DNA from: Ginglymostoma cirratum
Taxonomy: Eukaryota
Assembly (NCBI GenBank): GCA_024137785.1
Contig: JAHRHZ010000019.1
Location: 44,631,434-44,695,433, forward strand
Direction of reading: 5' to 3'
DNA length: 64,000 bases
Both the position numbers and the translations under genes were made by a program. Positions 14,203 to 27,554 of this stretch are shown here, in pieces (the stretch's first letter is position 1; the number at the start of each line of letters is the position of its first letter). The notes beneath the pieces were generated by a model. That model ran no database searches. It had not been told where the DNA came from and worked only from the letters and a program-made list of their open reading frames with translations.

Positions 14203-14263
14203 CATGCAAAGAGCTTAACTTTTCCATGCATTATCTTAAGCATTTTTAAAGCGAAGTCATGCA
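14203..14263 (-). promoter_or_regulatory. Cluster of three UGCAUG (RBFOX) motifs downstream of the SS3 microexon
   Basis: catgca on + at 14203-14208, 14225-14230 and 14258-14263 = UGCAUG in the pre-mRNA, 530-590 nt after the microexon donor. Confidence 0.6.
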
Positions 14264-14790
14264 GATTACATATTCAACTAGGTGTATCTGTGATTCCTTC
14301 CCGTCATTAATGCACAGTGAGCAGGGTGTAAAAAAATGTTTCTTCAAATGTGGTCTGGGATATATACAAATCACAGCAAGACCAATCACACTCAGGTGAC
14401 AAAGTTGTAAAATTACCTTAATCCTTCACAAATAATACATAGGCCATTATGCTTTCTTACCTTGTCATAAATTGTTCTTAAACAACAAAGGCTTAAAGGC
14501 ATGCCTTTATGTCATCAATCCCACACATACCACTAAACAAATCTAAGCCCATATTCTAAATGATATAAAAAATTAATTGATAGAAAGACTTTTTTGAACA
14601 AATAATCATTAAATGAAAACTTTTTTTTAACACCCTGACAAGTGCCTTACAGTTTTCTAGTCTGAGCAGATCAGTATGTCTCAATTTCTTAGTATATATT
14701 TGTGAGTCTATGAGAAGAGTAAATTCTACTTTGGCAAATTGTTTTAAAAGTAGGAGAGAAAGAGTGAAAAAGCTTTGAACAGCAACTTAC

Positions 14791-14817
14791 TGTTATTACA
14801 GTTAATCCTGATACAGT
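14791..14817 (-). CDS. NRXN1: neurexin splice site 3 (SS3) alternative microexon, 27 nt, encodes DCIRINCNN(S)
   Basis: Minus strand TTCATCTATTCTTCCCTATCTAG|ACTGTATCAGGATTAACTGTAATAACA|GTAAGT. With the upstream phase-1 G it reads D-C-I-R-I-N-C-N-N, matching the NRXN1/3 SS3 insert DCIRINCNS. Frame-preserving, consensus donor, pyrimidine-rich acceptor. Confidence 0.95.
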
Positions 14818-17800
14818 CTAGATAGGGAAGAATAGATGAAAAATGAAATTATATCCTTCAAGGTAACAGCTGCAGACATCCACAAAAATTACATTCCACC
14901 CTTCCGGGGACAGACACATGCAAATGTGGCCATTTTACTATGGACTTTCCCATGTCCTGTTAACAAATCTTAATAACATAGTGGCCTTTGTACATTACAA
15001 TCTATTATTTGGCCTACTTTATGTCTAGAATTAAAATAGAACATAAGATGGCCACCTGCAAACATCAGCTACATGATCCCTAAACCTAGATTAAAAAAAT
15101 AATATTTTTCTCACGTCAAAGATATTTGACCCAGACAAGCCACAGACCTTTCCTCATGTGTGAAAGAACACTGCTGCCCACTTTGAAAATAAACAGTGCT
15201 CCATCATACCGGGGTACAAGTTGTAATTTGGCAAGATCACCTATCTGTGACCACTTTTAGATTCTTCAAAGGCTTAAAACAAATATTCCATTAATTTTCT
15301 GGCATAAAAGAATTAAAAACTAAAACCAAAAATGTATCAGCAATTTAGAAATGTAACTTAAATGTGGAAAAAGTGCACGATCATTTGACATTTGTGTGAA
15401 GGCACAAAGTAACTGATAGAAATACATTTTACAGTTCGGAAGAAGATTCTGAAACATAGCTTGTCATCTACATAATAAAAATTCTTGTAAAAATTATCTT
15501 TTTGCCGCAGTTAAAAGATTGAAACATGCACCAGATCTTTTTGTTCAACGAGGTAGAAGCAAAACTGAAAATTCTATGTTAATCATGGAGATTGAGAGAG
15601 TATTTTGAGTGGTATACATCCAATACCAAAACATTTTGACAGCGGTGTTCTGCTTGATTAAGAAAATCTTAAACACCCTTGAAGAATTTCATTTGTAAAA
15701 ATTCCAGGTTAATTTTCATGTAGCTGGGTTTGTCATGTGTCGTCAACCGCAACAGAAAAGTGGTTGCAAACAGCCAAAGACCAAAGTGTACACATCTCCT
15801 TACGAGAAATGCTGTGCTTTTACACACCTCAGCAGTTATTTTAAAACATATTTATTATCGAGCATGGAAGACTTTAGTTTGGAGTCACTAGAAATGATAC
15901 CACAGAGATCCAAGAGGAGATGCTCACAGCTCTCTTGTCATTTAATTATGAAGGTAAGGGATACAAGCAAATATTCCAGCAATACTATTGTCAATAGAGG
16001 GCTTATTTTTCATCACTTGTATGCCTATGTTTGTTGCAGATTGCTTATTTCATTTGGAACTAATTAAAATAGTGCTCAGGGAGGACAATTCACTTTTCCA
16101 AATTATGATCTCTCCTGCATCTGGTGAAGATGATCAGAGCAATTTCCCAAAATGAAAGACAAGAAGATGTCATAGAAAACAGTGATTCAGGCCTAACGCT
16201 GGTGCAGATAGAAGTCTTTGATATTAATCCTAATTATGTCGAAACAGCTACAATATTAGTAAATTGGATTCCTTTCTTTGAACAGAGGTTAAAAGAAAAT
16301 GATGGTCTTATCGAGCATTGTGATATTAAGATTTCTATGGTAAGTGAGTCAAAAATCACATCGAAAATTATGCAATTTTTTTTTCTATGTGGTGAAGATT
16401 TTCATTATATGGAATGCATCCAAGAAAAGAATAAAATTGCTTGAAAATTGTGGGACAACCAAATGTGATGAGAACTGCATTAAAGAATCATCAAGACCTG
16501 TTGCAAAGATAGGACGTCAGAGGTGAAACAGAATGCAGGAATAAATTACAAAATGAATGTATGCGTGTAGCACCAATTATTGGGTCAAAAGGGAGGCACA
16601 TACTGTTGGAGTTCATTATACTGGGGATTCTGATGTCAAAGCAGATTGGGATGTTTCTTGTATCCTGAGATTTTTCTTTTATCTCCCTTTCAGTTAAGAT
16701 TGTTTCAAATGTTCCATTTAGATGAGACTGCTGTTATTCACTTGACAAACCACTTGACATTTTTCTCTCTGCCGCAGTAGAAAGACTCACACTCTTGTCA
16801 TCTTCAGAAAATGACATTTTGTATTTTGCCTTGTTCTTCACAGGAACAAACTCTCTTTCTCTACATGCCACTCCAAAGGTAGTGAATAATGTTTTGGGAG
16901 AACGTTTCTTTGTTGCCAAATTTTCAGATTTATATCTTGTGTCACAATTAAGTATTTTTTGAAGGCAATTAGTGGTTTGGAAAGAAAAAAACGAAATATG
17001 GAAAGTTGTTTGCCTTAAAATAAGTTTGTGCACCCTACCATGACTGAGAGGTTTCAGTCACATTATAACATGTGACACAAAGCTCCAGGCTTTTATCAAT
17101 GTCATGCAATCCAAAGGGCTGTGATAAAACCATCAAACAGCACACCCCACCTCCAGTTGGTTATTACTATATGCAATAGTTTAACAAAAATAAAAAATCC
17201 GTTTCATGGTCCAGTAGCTGTGCTGAAAAAGCTGTCCTCCTGAATAAGAAGCTTGAACTTGAAACACCCTCTCTCGAATAATGGATATAATTACTAAACC
17301 TTCCAACTCCAAATTTTGCAATTTCACAGGACTCAAATTGAGAACAGAGACGAAATTAGTCCCTTTATATTTTGCACAATCATATGACCAGTCATCTAAT
17401 CAATAAAAAGTTGATAGCTTTGAAATTCTAGTGGCTAAAAGTTGAATCTTGTGTGATCGGCTGGAATATGGGCCAGGTCGCAACTTTGACATGAATCAAG
17501 TCATTTGGCTTAAAGTTTGAAATTCCGGTCTTGGCAGAAATGTGTCTAGTTTTTTGTTTAGCGTGTGCAAAATAATATACACTGTAATTACAATACAAGT
17601 CAAGGAAGAGGAAGAGATGGACATTTTGGTGAAATTGTTCAATGCACTTGTATCAAATATGAGAATGAGCAGTGTTAGGAATGTCATAGTTTTGTGACCA
17701 TCATGGGATGTTTTGGAAAGCTAGTATCAACCCTGACCTCAAATTGTTTGCATACACTAACATAAATGAAACGGAGAGGCAGATTTCATCAACACTGCAT

Positions 17801-19012
17801 ATTCTTCTCCATCAACCTAACAAAATAGTTTAAGCATAAATATTTCAAACTGCAGTGAGCAGAAATGCAAATACATGTAATACTGCAAATGTGGATTTAT
17901 TTCAATTTGTTTCTTTTAAAGCATGAATTATTCATGTTTTATTTTCCATTTAAAAAAAGTGTTTGAATGAAACTAAAGCAAGCATTTTCACTGTAAAAGA
18001 GGCTGCACATTCTTGTTCGCATGGCTGTTTGCTTAGGGCCGCAGACCTTGGCCTTTGAAGGGTTGTGTACCATCTTTTGATCCAAAACAAGTGTGTAACT
18101 ATCACCACAGTACAATAAAAATGGACTTTTAAAAGTATGAATATGATTAAAATGAAGAGCAGTGGATACAACATTTGTTAAAAACAAAGTGATGAAAGCA
18201 GAAGCCCATAAAGTTATTCAAGGGAAAGTAAATGACCAATTTGTTGCTAAATATCTACTTTCCAAAATACTAGGTATAATTTTCCAAGTTCAAAGTTTTT
18301 TAATCTTGTATAACTACGCAAGTAATATACACTTAGGAAAAACTGGAGCTGGATAGACTATCTTTTATTTGCAACAAAATACCATATCTGAGTTGGGAAA
18401 GACTCAAATATGGTAATGTTCACGGAGACTGGAGCAAAGTTATGATTTTTAACTGCTTCTATACCTGTCCTTCCTAAAATACTCCACAAATATTGCCTCT
18501 GAGGAAATGGCTATAAAAGTGCATTAGGACACCTACAGAACAATTATAGTTTCCTGTGAATACCAGGCACCAGATCAATGCTAATCTTCTTTCTCTTTTA
18601 TTTATTTGAAGATTATTTTGCATCCATCACAGCATGGAATGTATGACAGAAATGTGTCAGATGCAATGTCTTCGAGACTGCTTGATAAGTGGGCTTCTTG
18701 CTTCAGATACAAAGAAAATATAAAAATGAAATATGAATTTAATAAATGCATTTGAGAAAGAAACTTTGTACTTTTAGCATAGGAAACACCCCAAAAATGT
18801 ATTATTCATAATGAAACAGAAATGACAATTTTGTTGATATGAAAAAGCCAAGTCTCAAAAGATGGGCTTATAAATTATGGCAACAAGTTTTCTTGCATCT
18901 TTCATTCTTAAGTGTTTTTATATCTTCAAGCAGATTCGTGAAAGCAACCTAATGAACCATTTAAAACATCTATTTAAAAAACGTGATGAGACAAAGTCAA
19001 AATGGATGTTAC

Positions 19013-19216
19013 CTAGGTTGACAGTTAGTTTGACACGACCACCATCAAGTTCCAGTCTCAGAGTATCTGCCGAATCTCGGGAAGTTGTCGCCATTAAGAT
19101 TCCGTATGCTCTTTGGGACATAAACCGCAATGATACATCCTCTGCTTCTGTGTGCATTACAACAGGTAGCTGGATTTTCATAAACTTGCTTCCATCATAA
19201 CTTAGTATTGTTGCTT
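19013..19216 (-). CDS. NRXN1: alpha-neurexin coding exon (N-terminal LNS4), 204 nt, phase 1/1
   Basis: Minus strand TTTACAG|AAGCAACA...AACCTAG|GTAACA. Translates (E)[67 protein letters not shown] and splices in frame to the 384-nt exon. Confidence 0.96.
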
Positions 19217-19621
19217 CTGTAAACATTGGAGGAAACAAAATGCTGTGAATACATTTCAGAACACACTAATTCTAAATCTCAATTTCAAATAATTCTGAAT
19301 GCTGTGCCATTGGACATCAGCACTTCTGTCTGTTTCCTGGCAGTCTGTTTTAGTTGTTGCTTTTGAGCTACAAATGTTATGTACCTTCTCAGTTTTAGTT
19401 TTGTTCTTCATGTGCAAGTTATAATTCTGATTTTTGGACTTTCATGTTTGATGTGTGAACATTAATATCATGACAAACCTCTTGAAAAAAAATCACCAAA
19501 GTTCTGTCAGTCAAGATTAATCTTTCAAACATGTGTTTAGATAAAATGCAAAAATATGACATTTTAAAGTAGTTAAACAAATTAAAAGTAAACTTGCAAC
19601 TGTATTAGTAATTTTGCATTT

Positions 19622-19980
19622 GACTCACTGAATCCCTACAGTGTAGAAGCAGTCCATTGAGACTACACCAACTCTCTGAAGAGCATCCCACTCAGACCCA
19701 CCATTGTGTGCACCTCCCCCCCCCCAATTCTGTAACCCTGCATTTCCTATGGTTAACCCATCTACCCTGCACATCCCTGGACACTATGGGCAAGTTAGCA
19801 TGGCCAATCCACCTAACCTGTACATCTTTGGAGGAAACTGCAGCACGCAAAGGAAACTCACGCAGGCACAGGGAGAACGTGCAAACTCCACACAGTCATG
19901 TGAGGGTAGAATCGAACTTGAGTCCCTGGTGCTGTGAGGCAGCAGTATGAACCACTGAACCACCAGCCACTGTGCTGCCC
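19622..19980 (-). mobile_element. HE1-type tRNA-derived V-SINE
   Basis: Minus strand: A-box-like TGGTTCAGTGG, B-box GTTCGATTC, V-domain GTGGAGTTTGCACGTTCTCCC...GATTGGCCATGCTAA, CR1-like tail. Confidence 0.88.
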
Positions 19981-20777
19981 TTTGTAAAACTATGTTAAGC
20001 TTTTCTTGTTCAAATGGAAAAATTAAATGCATAATTTAATTTAAACATGGGTCAAACTTTGTTTTACATAAATAACTTACAGCTCTCTCGGACTATGTTG
20101 CTCCTCATATTTGAAAAGATGTCGAACACAAGAAAATAAGGAGGATTCTCAGAATACCAAGATAAGTTACTCTAAAGTAAATTAGAACAGCAACAAAGTT
20201 TGAACAGATGAAGCGAAATTAGTGAAGACTTATTTTCTATTTGGCACTAAAAGGTATTTTAAACCCGTTTCAGGAAAATGAAATCTTAACTTGGATTCAA
20301 ACCAAATAACAATTTCTTAACATCTACGCAGATTGCATTATACAAGTCACAAAGAATAGGAGATAAGATAGCAATCTCCTTTTGCTGTTTTTGTGGGTCA
20401 ACTGGGATTCAAATTAAAACTGACAGCAGATGCTCCTCGGGATACTTGACAACATTTACCCACAGCTGACCTGCAACACTTATCATAAAAAACACAAGAT
20501 CTTTGAGCAAAGACAAAGGATGGTTAGTGTTTTATTATTCAGCTATAGTCTTTAACCTTTAACAGTGTTTAGCTTTACTTGACGCTGACTTTTTTTTGTT
20601 TGCTTTCCTTCTCTTCTATTTCATTTACAGAACTTTCTGTACAGAATAAATGTCCCTCACTCTTTAAATACTCTTATCATTTTAAATGTCATTACATGAC
20701 TGTAAAATGCCATAGAATGCGTGTGTGGGACAGTTAGGGGAAAATGGAGGGGAAAGGGGAAGAAGTTACTGTCAACC

Positions 20778-21118
20778 AGAATCCCTCCAGTGTGGAATTT
20801 AGCCCAACAAGTCCACACTGATTCTCTGAAGAGCATCCCACCCAGACTCTATCCCTGTAATCCTGCATTTCCCCAGGCTAATCTACCGAATTTACACATC
20901 CCTGGATGCTAAAGGCAATTTAGCATGCCCAATCCACCTATCTTGCACATGTTTGCACTGTAGGAGGAAACCAGAGCACCCAGAGGGGACCCACACAGAC
21001 ACAAGAAGAACATGGAAACGCCACACAAACTCCAAATCTTGCTTTCCTGGGGCTGGAATAGAACCTAGGTCCCTGGCACAGTGAGGCAGCAATGTTAACC
21101 ACTGAACCACTATGCTGC
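20778..21118 (-). mobile_element. HE1-type V-SINE
   Basis: Collinear with the 19622, 30033 and 35457 copies. Confidence 0.88.
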
Positions 21119-23341
21119 ATACTTATTTTGTTTGACAATCTATCAAAATGACAGCCCAAGATTAGTGTTGACTAGTAATACTTATTGGATATGCTTTTTT
21201 TTTCTGCGCAGCTAACTGAGAATGATATAAAGGCGATCCACTGATGCCAGGCAAAAAGACTGTCAGGAGGCATGTCAGCTCATTGTCACTGATTATTACA
21301 CAATTGTTGATCCAAAGCCATCTTTCTGTCTACTGAAATCCCTGTTGAATTACTCTATGCAGAGACCAAACATCAATGGGGATTGTGTTCAAAAGGAAAA
21401 AGTGTATTCTTGATCAATCTGGGAAACAAAAGCCACACGTTGATGAATGACAGCTTGTGGACACCTTCCACATTTATTCTCAAACTCTCTCCACACTGAA
21501 TGTCAGTTGGGTGCATCTCCTTTGTTTTCACTTCAATTACTGCTGGTTTTGAGCAGCATGTAGGAGCCTTCCAACTAAAAAACAACATGATTTAGTAAAA
21601 CAAGTGGGTTGAAAACAAAACAAAACTTCTGGAACAAATGGGCATAAATACTCATCTTTATTTCTTCCACCACAGCAGTGACTTCCTTAAATTGATGCCA
21701 TCCTGTGAAATTTAATCAATTTCAAGCAATATCAAAAGTTATGGGCATGGTTCTGAAGGACAAGACATTCTTAAAAAGCGCAAGCTGGAATGATAAATTT
21801 ATAGAAATAAAAACAATTGAGAAGAAATTTAACTACAAAAATAATAGACCAATTTAGTTTGCATTGTGGGGATTGGGAGGAGGTGTTTGTGTCAGAAAAA
21901 TCTGCTTTCTGGCCCCAAATTCACCTACAACCTGCAACCATCCATTTCTGGCTTTAACTGGCTTCTGGCTTTTGCCCACTTCTGATGGGGTAGCCATTCA
22001 GATGTAAGCAGATGGACTGTAGTTTAAAACATAGCATTGAGTCTGTGAAACCCATTGAGGCTGTCAATCAAGCTTAGCCTCTGAGTGGGCAACAAATCAC
22101 TTAAATCACAAACAACCTGTGGATTTTAATCCTGAATGACAGGTTCTTCTCAACTTCCTGACTGACCCATTCCCTGCAAGTCAGGTTAGTGAGAATTCTA
22201 TCCTACATTGCTCTTTATGTTATGTTTCAAGTAAGCATACAAAAGCAAAATATTGTAGGAGCGGAGAACAAATACGTAGAGGTAAATCAGTCTCTGGTTA
22301 GCATTAGGCCTGGGAAGGAAAACACCTTTCTAATTTATTGTATCAAGTTGGATTAAATAATAATGCTAACAGCTGGACCGAATCAACAGTGATGTTAGAT
22401 AATATCAGATCAATTAGGATTTGGACCTGAGGAAATAAGGTTCCAGCAAAGTGCTCCTCTGCCATATTTTTATAAAGAGTTTCATGGTTAACAAACGTTA
22501 CTGCTTTATGCTGATTTGATGTCCAGTCCTCGGCTAAGCATTGTTCTCCAAACCTGCTCACAATACTCTACATGGTACCAGATATGGTGTGCAGTCTGCT
22601 AGCCATCAGTGAGAGATCCTGAGATACATTGCTAAAGACGAGAAAACTGATAAGGTTTTCAGTACAGCACTGTGGCTATTACCCATGACAGTGCTTGAAG
22701 CAATCTCCTCACCAAATTTGACAACACAGAGCCATGGGGGAAATGTAAAGACTCGATCTAAAGACCTGGATCTTGTGGAAGGCCTCAGCCAGTCTGCATA
22801 CTTGACAGACTGGTGTCACTGAATTGATTGATCTGCCTCTGAATGGTCTTTGGAGTTTCTCAGAAGTTCAAGAACGTTCGGGTCAGTGTACAATGCCGCC
22901 AAAATTCTGAGAAGATGGGGCTGAGAGGGAAACTGCCGAACGTGAGGAGCTCATTAAAGCTACTGATTCATACTTGGGGAATCAAAGGACAACTCTGATC
23001 AACAAACAAAAGCAGCAAGGACACTCAGAGTATTGCAGTTAAATTTGATTTCATTCCTAATGGTGTCAGTCAGGACCAGCTGAGTGTTAAGAACTGTGCA
23101 TTTGTATGAATATCAATATATAACTTAAAAGAGGAAACATTTAAACTAACTAAATTGAACGTGCTCTATAACTCAGAAACAACCAGTGCCAAGCAATATC
23201 AAGATAAATCAGAAAACTCCCAATGAAACAACAAGAATGCATCGACATATTTATATTCATCTCTACTGTATTGCGGATATACGAGAAAGGCATTAAGCGT
23301 ATTGTATATCTAGTTTGGTTATAATTTATACTTTTTCTATG

Positions 23342-23556
23342 CAGGCAATCCCTAGGTTGCGAATGGGTTCTGTTCTCACGTCTGTTTGCAAGTTGCTTTG
23401 ATCACAAGTTGGAACATAAGCAGGATAACATAAACCAGCCACTTTTAAGTACGGGAAAGATTCGTATGTTGGGTCTTTAAAATAACATTCCCATATAGGA
23501 TCATGTTCTTCAGTATGAGCATTCATAAGTCAGATGTTTGTAAATTGAGAGACCTG
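23342..23556. mobile_element. Tigger/pogo-like MITE (degraded)
   Basis: Begins caggcaatccctaggttgcgaa and ends tttgtaaattgagagacctg|ta: CAGG...CCTG termini and a TA flank, typical of Tc1/mariner-pogo MITEs. TIRs diverged. Confidence 0.5.
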
Positions 23557-25854
23557 TACTAAATTCAGTTATAATATTTTATAGGATTATTGAACCAACT
23601 AAAAGTAAAATTTGACCTCATGGATAAGGAATACCATTTAAACTTGATGTCGTGACTACAATAATAGCAGATTTCTTCAGTAATCTATGTCTTGATGTTT
23701 TAGTGAACAGACTCTTGAGCTTGAATTTTTCAGCAACTGGAGGGTATATCTGTAGTTACAAAATTGGTGGTGGAAATGAAACTTGGAAGTCCAACCCCAT
23801 GGCACACACCTTTCTCAGGTGGTGGGGAGGTGAGGTGTAGAGGGAGTGAATCGTGGATGCAGAGAGAGGTGGATTCCAATTACACATCCATAGTTCATGG
23901 AAGTGACTTAGGCTAATCTGATTTTCTCCAGCGGAATGTCCAAAACACAAGTTGCTCAATTTAGACGTAGTCAAAGAACTTTTCAAAACAAAGAACATTG
24001 GATCTAAAAATAAAAATGTTGCAATTGCAAAAAAAAAGTTTCAGCTGCTTGACTGAAGTTCCCAGACTATGGCACTTTCAGGGAAAGGTCACATGGTATG
24101 GTTTCTGGGTGCAAAACATGTTCGTTTTTAAGAGAGACAGTCAGAGAAAACTTGCTAAGGAGGATGAGCCTTTGCCCACTCTTTCATTCTTGGAAATCCC
24201 TCTCATCGAAGTTTGTCTGCTGAAAACCAACTGGAAGACTTTATTGCTGTAAATGGAGGGTTCTCAAGGAAAAGTGTGAATCAATATCTCTGTCTTGAGA
24301 AAAAGTGAATTCAACCAGTCATATCTGATACAAGAAGAAATATCACTAAAAATAGTTTTATTGAAAGTGACTTTGGTTGCAGACCAACATTTGAACAATC
24401 TATGAATAATTCTTGATTTTAAATGAACTGTTGTTTGGCCAAAGTTCTTCCGAAATCATAATGTGAAGAGTTTGCATGTATGTCCATGCATGTTTTTTGA
24501 AAAGGTCAGTTGGGCATCCTTGTGCATTTTAAATCTTAATACCTTAAATCTATTCATATTTATAAAATAGTCACTTAAGTTTTTTTTTTGCAATACAACT
24601 GTGTTAACTTCAGGAATATGCCTTGCTTCTTTCTGATACTATGCTACATCCACTTCAAAACCTATGATTGTTGCTATCATTTCCGGTTTAAATTAAAACT
24701 TTATTGTGAACAGTAGAGGAGTTACACAAGGAAACAAATCAATGTACCCCTCCAACCTGGTCATTACACTGTAAGCAAAGGAACATTCAGCTAACTGAGA
24801 GATAGGAAATCTTGCAATTGCTGAGGCAATGAATCTCTTGCAAATGGACGTGTAATCTCTAGGTTCAGGAACTGCTATATGGAAAAATGTAGTTGCTACT
24901 ATTGCAATGAACATTGTGTCAATTATTACACTTAAATTTGAGATTGAGATCTGAGTTGCAGTTAGAAAGGTCGTAATTGTAGGAGTAAAATCTTTCACCT
25001 TTATGAACATACAAGGGAAACACCTGAGCTGTGATATCACTGGTCTGTTAAAGATGTGTTTGGGATGATTTTGTGTGTGTGTGTGTGCGCAACTACATGT
25101 TAGTTATTTTGAAAAGTAGTTTTGCTGCTAATTTATTACCTGTTATTTTTTGGCAACTTAAATGTCATGGTGTCTAAAAATTAATGCTTTTGGTGTGTGT
25201 TGTTGTGACTTTAAGTTTATTGGTACACTGATAATTCATGAGTATACTGACAAATTCTTCTAATTCTGCTTTTGTCTGAGTTCAAATACCACATAAGTCA
25301 ACGCAAATACACAATTCTTTTTTAACTAGCTGACATGCATCACTGAATAAGTGAGTTAGTGAGACTAAAAAAGGAGCCCCTGAAAACTAAAACAAACAAA
25401 TCAAGAAGATAGCCCTCAAGAAAACTTCAAAGAAGCTCAAAAATAAAATTGATCCAGTTTATTAAAATATTGTGCACTACAAATGCTGTCTCACCATAAT
25501 GAACTAACATAATAAATCAAAATATTATAATGCAGACAAATAACAGAAGTAACATCTGTGTTCTGAACAAGAATATGGGTGCAAAATGGGTGTTATGTTA
25601 TTACTTCGCAGCAAATATTTAATCATGCCCTTTATTTTAACAGCCAGGAAGAAAAGTGCAAAGAAAGTTTCATAAATATTCAAGATTTTAACTTGCTTTG
25701 CAAAAAATTGTTCAAATCAGAAGTATGCATAAATGGTACCGTTTAATACATGATGGTGCTACTTTGGGGATAATAAATGTTCATGAATATTTTACATCCA
25801 CTGCCCTTGCGGATCCACACTTGTTTTTTTTACTTTTTAAATCGGAATTTCTTC

Positions 25855-26060
25855 ATAGAATTATTGAATCCCTGTAGTGTGGAAGCAGGTCATCTGGCCC
25901 ATCTAGGTCAGATTGCCCCTCCAAACAGCATCCCGGCCGGACCCACCCTATCCCCGTAACCCTGCATTTTTCATGGCTAATCCACCTAGCCTGCAAATCC
26001 TTAGACGCTATGGGCAATTTAGCATGGCTAATCCACCCAACCTGCATGTCTTCGGACATC
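25855..26060 (-). mobile_element. HE1-type V-SINE, 5'-truncated
   Basis: Only the tail and 3' V-domain (gggcaatttagcatggctaatccacc) are present. Confidence 0.82.
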
Positions 26061-27554
26061 TTAGTTGCAGCCTGTTACATTGCCTTGAAACCCACTTGCC
26101 AAGTCGTAATACTTAAGTTTAAACAATACTGGCCAGGGTACAAACATCTTATTGGTTTTGAGTGGATTTGTTGCATTCTTTGATGCCACCTCAACTGAAA
26201 GTTGTATCTCAAGCACAATTTTTTCATCAGTGTGACATTATGATTTTGTGTAGCAATGAATTTCTCTACGAACATGTCCATACAACACCATCAAGTTCTA
26301 TTGTTCCCTGGCATCTGAGTTCATATCATCCAAATTTATTTCAATCAGAACTGCAGAATACAGACTGAAACAATCTTTACTCCATTATCAATATAACAGT
26401 TCACCAATCAACTTCTTAACCTCATCAAGACTAGAACTTTTGAGGTATGATTGCAACTATCCATTCTTTTCCCCCCAGGGAGAACAAATGCAAGAAGCCT
26501 TCATTTTTTCTGACTTGAAGACCCAACTCAAAATAAAGGGCCAAATCCTATACAATGTTTCACTCTCGGATGGTGGAAATGGGATCAAAATGGATCGGCT
26601 GACCCTAGAAGCAGAATGACCACAGTGGGGTGACAGCGCTGAGAGAAGTATGTTAGCAGGTTCAGCTTAGTTCTTTGGTTTTCTTGGTTTTCCCAGTTGT
26701 TTTAAAATATGTAAGCACTCAGCCCTTACCACTCAAATGCCGATGACAACTTCATGTCCCTCATACCCTCAGTCTGCCTCAATAACTACTCACACAATCC
26801 ATTGTGGGTAAATTTCAGGAGCCATGTTGGGAATAAATAAAGTCTTCTGACTCATGCATGTTTCAAACAGAAAAAAAAACTTTCACTCATGAAGTCTATG
26901 CAAAGATTTGTTATTCCCTCAAGCAGCAAGATTGTTGAAAATCCAAACAAATTTCGATTCAATAACCAATTCAAAAACATCTAATCCTTTAACAGCTCAT
27001 AAAATGATCAATCAAAACTGAAATTCAGATCCATTGCTGAGGTATGCTTTTCTAGACCATTTAAAACTCAGCCAAATGTCCGTAATAGGCTTAGTCATAA
27101 CAAATGCTTTGGGAAATGACAATAATAATTTCTATTACAACTTCAAGCACAGATAATAATCTAAGATACCCCAGATGACTATCAAGCAAAACAGTTTAGC
27201 AGCATGTGTATTTTTGTTTATATTCTAGCTTTCATCTTGGGGCAAATTTTTGGTTTTGCTTTTAATTGCAATAAGATTAGATCATGATACTTAAGCAGAC
27301 CTTATACATCCTTCAAGAGTATTCACATTTCCATAAAATCATGATTCTCACACCATGGGTGAAGGTCCTTGCAACAGCAAAAGTGAGTCTGTTTAAACTC
27401 AGTACTAGTTTCCAGTTACCTTGTTAAGCTTGGGTTTCCTGCCTGTGTGAGTCAGGCTTGCTGCCTTTCCTCTACTACTGATAGCAATTGGCGAGAAATG
27501 GAGCTAAATATCTGCATTTGAATCCTGCCTGACATTCTTAAAGTTTTAAAGATT

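Noticed and set aside
18918-19238. ORF-track extensions of the neurexin exons (MFPPMFT..., ...GNIHFDF..., ...GKQDI)
   Set aside because: Read-through into introns beyond canonical splice sites.
25072-25087. (TG)8 microsatellite
   Set aside because: Trivial length.
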